Assembly: GCF_003696305.1 (NCBI RefSeq) | Contig: NZ_RFFK01000003.1 | Coordinates: 83,887-107,886 of the forward strand | Source of the DNA: Pseudomonas sp. AOB-7 | Lineage (GTDB): Bacteria > Pseudomonadota > Gammaproteobacteria > Pseudomonadales > Pseudomonadaceae | Length of the DNA: 24,000 nt | Direction: 5' to 3' | Part shown: positions 8,047 through 14,826 of the stretch, in pieces | Position numbering within the stretch: the first letter of the stretch is position 1 | How the letters are laid out: each line of letters begins with the position of its first letter | Notes under the pieces: generated by a model | Told to the model about the DNA's origin: nothing | Databases searched by the model: none | Seen by the model: only the letters and a program-made list of their open reading frames with translations | Translations under genes and position numbers: made by a program

Positions 8047-8252
8047 AGTTCCTCCTTGAGGACGCGGGTGTTGTTGTTTTTGCGTGGAACCCTTGCCGGC
8101 TAGATCATCACGAGGCCGGCACCGGGTCAAGCCTGGCTCGCCGCACTGAATGACGCGGCATAGGCGCGGCAGGCGAAGCAAGACAGGGGCCAGCGCGCGG
8201 CCATCGCGCCTATAATGGCCGGCATGTCCTTGAAGATGCCCGAATACCCCTG

Positions 8253-8320
8253 AGAACCCGTTGGCGATCTGCTGCGCGGCGGCTTTGCTGCGTTGGAGAG
8301 CGCAAACGGCTTCCGCCATT
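8253..8320 (+). repeat. Decayed left half of the intergenic repeat family, upstream of lrgA-like gene
   Basis: 8265-8295 (CGATCTGCTGCGCGGCGGCTTTGCTGCGTTG) matches 14672-14702 at 28 of 31 positions. Weaker similarity extends from 8253 and beyond 8295. No right arm is present. Confidence 0.45.
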
Positions 8321-8349
8321 CGGCATCGCACCTTTCGGAGATTTTGCCC

Positions 8350-8709
8350 ATGCTGCTTCGCGGCCTGTCCTGGCTGGTGTTGTGCCAGTTGCTCGGTACC
8401 GCCCTCAACGTCCTGCTGCTGCCCATGCTGCCCGGGCCGATCATCGGCATGCTGTTGCTGTTCGTCTTCCTCATGCTGCGCGGCGAGGTGGGCGAGCCGC
8501 TCAGCGTCGCCTCCAGCAGCCTGCTCAAGTACCTGCCGCTGATCCTGGTGCCGCCGGCCGTGGGGGTGATGGCCTATGCCGGCGACATCCTCGCCGACTT
8601 CTGGGCGGTGGTCGGCGCGCTGCTGCTGTCGCTGCTGCTGTCGCTGGCCTTCGCCGGCTGGCTGATGCAGAAACTGATCGAGCGCCAGCAGCGCCGGGAG
8701 CAGGCATGA
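8350..8709 (+). CDS. lrgA: CidA/LrgA family membrane protein
   Basis: 119 aa from the ATG at 8350 (MLLRGLSWLVLCQLLGTALN...), about four hydrophobic segments. Its stop overlaps the next start (ATGA at 8706-9). The symbol is family-level only. Confidence 0.8.
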   Translation: MLLRGLSWLVLCQLLGTALNVLLLPMLPGPIIGMLLLFVFLMLRGEVGEPLSVASSSLLKYLPLILVPPAVGVMAYAGDILADFWAVVGALLLSLLLSLAFAGWLMQKLIERQQRREQA

Positions 8710-9422
8710 GTCCGGACTGGCAGGGCGCCTGGCAGGCGCTGACCCACCACCCATTGTTCGGTATCGGCATCACCCTGGGCGCCTACCAGCTGGCTATCGC
8801 CGCCTACGAGCGCACCCGCTGGGTGTTCCTGCAGCCGGTGCTGGTGTCGATGCTGACGGTGATCGGCATCCTGTTGCTCTGCGGCCTGAGCTTCGCCGAG
8901 TACAGGAGCAGCGTCGCGGCCCTGACCCTGCTGCTCGGCCCGGCCACTGTGGCCCTGGCCGTGCCGCTGTACCTCAACCTGCGACGCATCCGCCAGCTGT
9001 TCTGGCCGATCGTGCTGACCCTGCTGATTGCCGGCACCCTGGCCACCGTGCTGGGCGCCGGGCTGGCCTGGCTGTTCGGCGCCGAGCGGCTGATGCTGAT
9101 GAGCATGGCGCCGAAATCGGTGACTTCGCCAATCGCCATGCTGGTGGCCGAGCAGATCGGCGGCATCGCCGCGCTGGCGGCGGTGTTCGTGATGATCACC
9201 GGGGTCATCGGCGCCATCGTCGGGCCCTCGTTGCTGCGCCTGTGCGGGGTCCAGCATCCGGCGGCGCAGGGCATGGCGCTGGGCATCACCGCGCATGCGG
9301 TGGGCACGGCGCGGGCGTTGCAGGAAAGCGACGAGTGCGGCGCCTTCGCCGCCCTGGCCATGAGCCTGATGGGCGTGATCACCGCCGTGCTGTTGCCGCT
9401 GGCGATTGTTCTGCTGCTGTGA
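8706..9422 (+). CDS. lrgB: LrgB family membrane protein
   Basis: 238 aa, polytopic. Contains SMAPKSVTSPIAM and GITAHAVGTARA, typical of LrgB. Translationally coupled to the lrgA-like gene. Confidence 0.88.
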   Translation: MSPDWQGAWQALTHHPLFGIGITLGAYQLAIAAYERTRWVFLQPVLVSMLTVIGILLLCGLSFAEYRSSVAALTLLLGPATVALAVPLYLNLRRIRQLFWPIVLTLLIAGTLATVLGAGLAWLFGAERLMLMSMAPKSVTSPIAMLVAEQIGGIAALAAVFVMITGVIGAIVGPSLLRLCGVQHPAAQGMALGITAHAVGTARALQESDECGAFAALAMSLMGVITAVLLPLAIVLLL

Positions 9423-9429
9423 GGTGACG

Positions 9430-10020
9430 ATGAATCTGCCGCTGTTTCCGCTCAACACTGTGCTGTTCCCCGGCTGCATGCTCGATCTGCAGATATTCGA
9501 GGCGCGCTACCTGGACATGATCAGCCGCTGCATGAAGCAGGGCAGCGGTTTCGGCGTGGTCTGCATAGTCGAGGGCGAGGAGGTCGGCGAGGCCGCCAGC
9601 AGCTTTGCCGCCATCGGGTGTGAGGCGCTGGTGCGTGACTTCCAGCAGCGGCCCAACGGCCTGCTGGGGATTCGCGTCGAAGGTGGTCGGCGTTTCCGGG
9701 TGCGCAGCGCCCAGGTGCTGCCGGATCAGCTGACCATCGCCGAGGTGGACTGGCTGGATGAGGCCGCGGAATGCCCGCTGCAGGCCGAGCATGCCGACCT
9801 CGCTGCGCTGCTGGCGGCGCTGGCCGAACACCCGCTGGTGGCCTCGCTGGGCATGGGCGGCGTGGCCGTCGGCCAGGCGCAACTGGCCAACCAGCTGGCC
9901 TACCTGTTGCCGCTGGAGCCGGGGCAGAAGCTGCAGGTGCTGCAGCAGGACGACCCCGGCGCGCGCCTGGCCCAGCTGCAACTGCTGCTCGAGCAGTTGC
10001 AGGGCGAGTCCGGCGGCTGA
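9430..10020 (+). CDS. LON peptidase substrate-binding (Lon N-terminal) domain protein
   Basis: ATG at 9430 after GAGGTG. MNLPLFPLNTVLFPGCMLDLQIFEARYLDMI is the typical LON N-domain start. 196 aa, with no ATPase or protease domain. Confidence 0.82.
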   Translation: MNLPLFPLNTVLFPGCMLDLQIFEARYLDMISRCMKQGSGFGVVCIVEGEEVGEAASSFAAIGCEALVRDFQQRPNGLLGIRVEGGRRFRVRSAQVLPDQLTIAEVDWLDEAAECPLQAEHADLAALLAALAEHPLVASLGMGGVAVGQAQLANQLAYLLPLEPGQKLQVLQQDDPGARLAQLQLLLEQLQGESGG

Positions 10021-10022
10021 GC

Positions 10023-10166
10023 AGCAGGCCGTGGAAAAACTACCTACGTTGCCATCGCGGCGTTAAAAACAGGCTCAAAATGCTCATTTACAGCTCGTAA
10101 ACTCCGCTTTTTCGCCTGTTTTTGCCTTGCGCTGGCTGCCTCGCCTACGTTTTTCAACGGCCTGCT
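10023..10166 (+). repeat. Full copy 1 of a ~143-bp nested-palindrome intergenic element
   Basis: Outer inverted repeat AGCAGGCCGTGGAAAAAC (10023-10040) / GTTTTTCAACGGCCTGCT (10149-10166), 17 of 18. Inner inverted repeat 10065-10080 / 10108-10123. Apical TTTAC-N5-GTAAA. Core 10060-10137 matches 14697-14773 at 67 of 78 positions. Confidence 0.75.
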
Positions 10167-10305
10167 AGGGCGTGCCCATCCCCGCCGCCTGCATGAATAG
10201 GCGCAGCAACCAGGACAACGCGCCCAGGGCCAGCACGCTGGCGGCCCAGATCAACACCAGCCAGCCCAGGCGCTGCCACAGCGGTTTCTTCTCGGCATCG
10301 TGCAT
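10165..10305 (-). CDS. 46-aa single-TM protein downstream of cioB (DUF2474-like); absent from the ORF track
   Basis: ATG at 10305, 9 nt after the cioB stop, with GAGGG overlapping that stop. Translation: MHDAEKKPLWQRLGWLVLIWAASVLALGALSWLLRLFMQAAGMGTP. Stop TAG at 10165-10167. Confidence 0.6.
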   Translation of the reverse strand: MHDAEKKPLWQRLGWLVLIWAASVLALGALSWLLRLFMQAAGMGTP

Positions 10306-10314
10306 GGCGCGCCC

Positions 10315-11322
10315 TCAGTGGTAGCCGTCTTCCTGGGTCACCTTGCCGCGGAACACGTAGTAGCTCCAGGCGGTGTACATCAGGATGAAGGGGATGATGA
10401 ACAGCGCGCCGACCAGGATGAAGCCCTGGCTCTGCGGCGGCGCGGCGGCTTCCCAGATGCTGATCGACGGCGGGATGACGTTGGGCCACAGGCTTATCCC
10501 CAAGCCGCTGTAGCCGAGGAAGATCAGCACCAGGGTGAGCAGGAAGGGCGAGTAGTGGGCGTTTTCCGCCACCGCCTTGAGCAGCGCCCAGGTGCAGACC
10601 AGCACCAGCACCGGCACCGGCATGAACCAGAACAGGTTCGGCAGGCTGAACCAGCGCTCGGCGATCTCCGGGTGTGCCAGCGGCGTCCACAGGCTGACGA
10701 TGCCGGTCACCGCCAGCAGGACGAACACCAGCGGCCGCGCCAGATCGTGCATCTGCAACTGCAGTCGGCCTTCGGTCTTCATGATCAGCCAGGTGCAGCC
10801 GAGCAGCGCGTAGGCGGCGATCAGCGCCAGGCCGCAGAACAGCGAGAAGGGCGTCAGCCAGTCCAGGGCGCCGCCGGCATAGGTCCGCTCGACCACCTCG
10901 AAACCGTCGATATAGGCGCCCAGCGCCACGCCCTGGAAGAAGGTCGCGGTCAGCGAGCCGCCGATAAAGGCCTTGTCCCACAGGTGACGCTTGGCCGCCT
11001 TGGCCTTGAAGCGGAACTCGAAGGCCACGCCGCGGAAGATCAGCCCCAGCAGCATCAGGATCAGCGGCAGGTAGAGGGCGTCGAGCACCACCGCGTAGGC
11101 CAGCGGGAAGGCGCCGAACAGCGCCGCGCCGCCGAGCACCAGCCAGGTCTCGTTGCCGTCCCACACCGGCGCCACGGTATTCATCATCACGTCGCGCTCG
11201 CCCTCGTCCCGGACGAAGGGGAAGAGGATGCCGATGCCCAGATCGAAGCCGTCCATCACCACGTACATCATCACGCCGAAGGCGATGATCACCGCCCAGA
11301 TCAGCGAAAGATCGATACCCAT
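10315..11322 (-). CDS. cioB: Cyanide-insensitive (bd-type) quinol oxidase subunit II
   Basis: 335 aa from the ATG at 11322 (MGIDLSLIWAVIIAFGVMMYVVMDGFDLGIGILFPF...), a CydB-family N-terminus. It starts 2 nt after the cioA stop. The track ORF extends falsely to 11676. Confidence 0.93.
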   Translation of the reverse strand: MGIDLSLIWAVIIAFGVMMYVVMDGFDLGIGILFPFVRDEGERDVMMNTVAPVWDGNETWLVLGGAALFGAFPLAYAVVLDALYLPLILMLLGLIFRGVAFEFRFKAKAAKRHLWDKAFIGGSLTATFFQGVALGAYIDGFEVVERTYAGGALDWLTPFSLFCGLALIAAYALLGCTWLIMKTEGRLQLQMHDLARPLVFVLLAVTGIVSLWTPLAHPEIAERWFSLPNLFWFMPVPVLVLVCTWALLKAVAENAHYSPFLLTLVLIFLGYSGLGISLWPNVIPPSISIWEAAAPPQSQGFILVGALFIIPFILMYTAWSYYVFRGKVTQEDGYH

Positions 11323-11324
11323 GT

Positions 11325-12764
11325 TCAGGCCCTCCCGCCCGGCAGATCGGTTTCCGTGTCGTCGAAGTCCTCTTGCGCCGCCGACAGCGGCCGCGACGGC
11401 GTGCGCGGCTGGCCCGGGCCGCCCTGGGTGACTTCCTGGCCCTCGTCGATCCGCGGGCCCTTGCGCACCAGGCGCAGCATGTAGCCGATGCCGGCGCCGA
11501 ACAGGGCGAAGTAGACCACCACGAACAGCGCCAGGGTCAGGCTCATCTGCGCAAAGCTGTGCCCGGACGAGGCATCGGCGGTGCGCATCAGGCCCTGGAC
11601 GATCCACGGCTGACGGCCGATCTCGGTGGTGTACCAGCCGGCGAGGATTGCCAGGATGCCGGACGGGCCCATCCACACCGCCAGGTGCAGGAAGGGCCGC
11701 GAGGCGAACAGCCGGCCGCGGTAGCGCAGCCAGGTGCCCCAGAGGCCGACCAGGATCATCAGCAGGCCCATGGCGACCATCACCCGGAAGGTCCAGAACA
11801 CTATGGTGGAGTTGGGCCTATCCTCGGGCGCGAATTCCTTCAGCGCCGGCACCTGCTTATCCAGGCTGTGGGTCAGGATCAGGCTGCCCAGCGCCGGAAT
11901 CTCCAGCTTGAAGCGGGTTTCCTCGCGTTCCATGTCCGGCCAGCCGAACAGGATCAGCGGGGTCGGTTCGCCGCTGCTGTTGTCCCAGTGGCCTTCCATC
12001 GCGGCGATCTTGGCCGGCTGGTATTTCAGCGTGTTGAGGCCGTGCAGGTCGCCGATAAAGGCCTGCACCGGCGCGACGATCAGCGCCATCCACACCGCCA
12101 TCGACAGCATCTTGCGGATCGCCGGGTTGTCGCGCCCGCGCAGCAGGTGCCAGGCCGCCGAGGCGCCGACGAAGAAGGCGGTGGCGAGGAAGGCCGCCGT
12201 GGCCATGTGCGCCAGGCGATAGGGGAAGGAGGGGTTGAACACCACGGCGAACCAGTCCACCGGGATCACCCGGCCGTCGACTATCTCGAAGCCCTGCGGG
12301 GTGTGCATCCAGCTGTTGGAGGCGAGAATCCAGAAGGTCGAGATCAGGGTGCCTATCGCCACCATCAGCGTGGAGAAGAAGTGCAGGCCCGGGCCGACGC
12401 GGTTCCAGCCGAACAGCATGACGCCGAGGAAGCCCGCCTCGAGGAAGAAGGCGGTGAGCACCTCATAGGTCAGCAAGGGGCCAGTGACCGCCCCGGCGAA
12501 GTCGGAGAAGGCGCTCCAGTTGGTGCCGAACTGGTAGGCCATGACCAGGCCGGAGACCACGCCCATGCCGAAGTTGACGGCGAAGATCTTCGCCCAGAAG
12601 TGGTAGAGGTCGCGGTACACCGTCTCGCCGCTTCTCAGCCACAGACCTTCGAGCACGGCCAGGTAGCTGGCCAGACCGATGGTGATGGCGGGGAAGATGA
12701 TGTGAAAGGAAATGGTGAAGGCAAACTGGATTCGGGCGAGATCGAGGGCCTCTAAACCGAACAT
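11325..12764 (-). CDS. cioA: Cyanide-insensitive (bd-type) quinol oxidase subunit I
   Basis: 479 aa. MFGLEALDLARIQFAFTISFHIIFPAITIGLA..., GWYTTEIGRQPW, typical CydA family. Shorter than long-Q-loop CydA, consistent with the CIO subtype. GAGGA lies 7 nt upstream of the ATG at 12764. Confidence 0.95.
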   Translation of the reverse strand: MFGLEALDLARIQFAFTISFHIIFPAITIGLASYLAVLEGLWLRSGETVYRDLYHFWAKIFAVNFGMGVVSGLVMAYQFGTNWSAFSDFAGAVTGPLLTYEVLTAFFLEAGFLGVMLFGWNRVGPGLHFFSTLMVAIGTLISTFWILASNSWMHTPQGFEIVDGRVIPVDWFAVVFNPSFPYRLAHMATAAFLATAFFVGASAAWHLLRGRDNPAIRKMLSMAVWMALIVAPVQAFIGDLHGLNTLKYQPAKIAAMEGHWDNSSGEPTPLILFGWPDMEREETRFKLEIPALGSLILTHSLDKQVPALKEFAPEDRPNSTIVFWTFRVMVAMGLLMILVGLWGTWLRYRGRLFASRPFLHLAVWMGPSGILAILAGWYTTEIGRQPWIVQGLMRTADASSGHSFAQMSLTLALFVVVYFALFGAGIGYMLRLVRKGPRIDEGQEVTQGGPGQPRTPSRPLSAAQEDFDDTETDLPGGRA

Positions 12765-12921
12765 GGCACATCCTCATACAGGTTATCTCGGACCCGGCAC
12801 GGTCTGCCGGGCCACAGACTCCAGGCGTTGGAGTCACAGCAAGGCGCAATTGTTCTTGTCGAGCGAGGCGCAGCGGAGGTCGGGCCCAATGGCCCGCAGG
12901 CGCAAACCCACGAAGGTTGTA

Positions 12922-12935
12922 TTGACCTGGATCAA
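12922..12935. promoter_or_regulatory. Candidate ANR/FNR box upstream of cioA
   Basis: TTGACCTGGATCAA matches TTGAT-N4-ATCAA at 9 of 10 positions. Its centre is about 165 bp upstream of the cioA ATG. Confidence 0.5.
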
Positions 12936-13152
12936 TCCACATCGAAAAGACTAGCGGGTCTGGGCGCACTTGACGCTGTGGTGATTTGCCGCGCGGCAGG
13001 CTACCGCAGGCTGGGGTATGGGCGGTGCGCACGGCCCAGGCGGCCCGCGACACCCTACAGGTGGGCGGCACGGCCGGGCCAAAAAACGCCGGGAGCATCC
13101 TTCGCCGTCGCGCAGCGAGGGCCCGCAGGCTGGCCACCAGGAATGGCAGGCC

Positions 13153-13188
13153 AAAAAAATAGGCGGCCGCGCATCGCGCGGGCCGCCC
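13153..13188 (-). terminator. Rho-independent terminator of the thiolase gene
   Basis: The minus strand reads GGCGGCCCGCGC-GATG-GCGCGGCCGCC followed by TATTTTTTT, about 60 nt after the stop at 13248-13250. A smaller hairpin, GTGAGCGC-N8-GCGCTCAC, lies at 13214-13237. Confidence 0.75.
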
Positions 13189-13247
13189 CAATTCACGGAG
13201 TTGCTTACATCCTGTGAGCGCGATGACTTGCGCTCACCGACATTGGA

Positions 13248-14525
13248 TTACTTTTCCAGGATCGCGGTCACACCCTGACCGCCGGCGGCGCAGATGGAGA
13301 TCAGCCCGCGGCCCTGCCCGGCCGCCGCAAGCAGCTTGGCCAGGTTGGCGACGATGCGCCCGCCGGTGGCGGCGAAGGGGTGGCCGGCGGCGAGCGAGCT
13401 GCCCTTGACGTTCATTCGGCTGCGGTCGATGGCGCCCAGCGGCGCGTCCAGGCCCAGGCGCTCACGGCAGTAGTCGGCGTCTTCCCAGGCCTTGAGGGTG
13501 CACAGCACCTGGGCGGCGAAGGCCTCGTGGATCTCGTAGTAGTCGAAGTCCTGCAGGCTCAGGCCATTGCGCGCCAACAGCCGCGGCACGGCATAGACCG
13601 GTGCCATCAGCAGGCCCTCCTGGCCCTGGACGAAATCCACCGCCGCCGCCTCGCCGTCGCGCAGGTAGGCCAGCACCGGCAGGCCGCGCGCCTTGGCCCA
13701 GTCCTCGCTGGCCAGCAGCACCAGCGAGGCGCCGTCGGTCAGCGGCGTGGAGTTGGCCGCGGTCAGGGTGCCGCGCGGGCCGCGCTCGAAACAGGGCTTG
13801 AGGCTGGTGAGCTTCTCGGCGCTGATGTCGGCGCGCAGGTTCTGGTCGCGGGTCAGGCCGCGGAACGGCGTGAGCAGGTCGTCGTGCCAGCCTTCGGCAT
13901 AGGCGGCGGCGAGTTTCTGGTGGCTGGCCAGGGCCAGCTGGTCCTGCTCGTCGCGCGCAATCGCCCAGCGCTGCGCCATCAGCTCGCAGTGCTCACCCAT
14001 CGACAGCCCGGTGCGCGGCTCGCCGTTGCGCGGGATGGCCGGGGCCAGGTGGCGCGGGCGGATCTGCAGCAGGCTCTTGAGCTTGTCCAACGTGCGCTTG
14101 CCGCGGTTGGCCTCCAGCAGAATCTTGCGCAGCCCCTCGTTGACCCCGATCGGCGCGTCGGAGGTGGTGTCGACGCCGCCGGCGATGCCGCAGTCGATCT
14201 GCCCCAGGGCGATCTTGTTGGCCACCAGCAGCGCTGCCTCCAGGCCGGTGCCGCAGGCCTGCTGCAGGTCGTAGGCCGGGGTCTCGGGCGCCAGGCGCGA
14301 GCCGAGCACGCATTCGCGGGTCAGGTTGAAGTCGCGCGAGTGCTTGAGCACGGCGCCGGCCACCACCTCGCCGAGGCGCTCGCCGTGCAGGTTGAAGCGC
14401 TCCACCAGGCCCTCGAGGGCGCTGGTCAGCATCTCCTGATTGCTCGCCGTGGCGTAGGCGGTGTTGGAGCGGGCGAAGGGGATGCGGTTGCCGCCGACTA
14501 TGGCGACCCGGCGTAGCTGGGCCAT
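13248..14525 (-). CDS. Acetyl-CoA C-acyltransferase (thiolase family)
   Basis: 425 aa. MAQLRRVAIVGGNRIPFARS, active-site context QQACGTGLEA, C-terminal GHPFAATG and ICAAGGQG. GGAG lies upstream of the ATG at 14525. Confidence 0.93.
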   Translation of the reverse strand: MAQLRRVAIVGGNRIPFARSNTAYATASNQEMLTSALEGLVERFNLHGERLGEVVAGAVLKHSRDFNLTRECVLGSRLAPETPAYDLQQACGTGLEAALLVANKIALGQIDCGIAGGVDTTSDAPIGVNEGLRKILLEANRGKRTLDKLKSLLQIRPRHLAPAIPRNGEPRTGLSMGEHCELMAQRWAIARDEQDQLALASHQKLAAAYAEGWHDDLLTPFRGLTRDQNLRADISAEKLTSLKPCFERGPRGTLTAANSTPLTDGASLVLLASEDWAKARGLPVLAYLRDGEAAAVDFVQGQEGLLMAPVYAVPRLLARNGLSLQDFDYYEIHEAFAAQVLCTLKAWEDADYCRERLGLDAPLGAIDRSRMNVKGSSLAAGHPFAATGGRIVANLAKLLAAAGQGRGLISICAAGGQGVTAILEK

Positions 14526-14659
14526 GCTGACTCCTTGCGAATAAAGATTGGGCTACAGGCTAGCGCGCGCCGCCGCATCTGCATTGGCCGCCTTGCCGCG
14601 GCCCCAGGCAGTGCGGTCAATTGCGCTTGGCCCGTCACTGCGTAGAGTGGCACGACTTT

Positions 14660-14801
14660 AGAACGTGTCTACGATCTGCTGCGCGTCGGCCCTGCTGCGT
14701 TGAAAACAGGCTCGGACTGCTCATTTACAACTCGTAAACTCCGCGTCCTCGCCTGTTTTCGCCTTGCATGGCTCTAGCTCGCGAAATCGTAGACACGTTC
14801 T
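14660..14801 (+). repeat. Full copy 2 of the nested-palindrome intergenic element
   Basis: Outer inverted repeat AGAACGTGTCTACGAT (14660-14675) / ATCGTAGACACGTTCT (14786-14801), 16 of 16. Inner inverted repeat 14702-14717 / 14745-14760. Apical 27 nt (14718-14744) differ from copy 1 at one base. Confidence 0.75.
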
Positions 14802-14826
14802 TTGATTCGCCCACAGGAGCCCGTTC

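Noticed and set aside
8211-8253. TATAAT hexamer (8211-8216) and a 9-codon ORF (8224-8253) upstream of the lrgA-like gene
   Set aside because: No acceptable -35 at 16-18 bp spacing, so I do not call a promoter. The mini-ORF has no RBS and is too short to support.
10300-12755. ORFs 10300..11484 (+), 11373..12755 (+) and 10154..11164 (-) overlapping cioAB
   Set aside because: These are antisense or off-frame shadows. Their composition is dominated by Arg/Gly/Glu/His/Gln runs, and the cioA/cioB frames are unambiguous.
12463-13278. Several 80-240-aa ORFs on both strands in the cioA-thiolase intergenic region
   Set aside because: The translations are Arg/Pro/Gly-rich, with no RBS and no motifs. 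The region instead contains a terminator, hairpins and an ANR-type box, consistent with non-coding control DNA.
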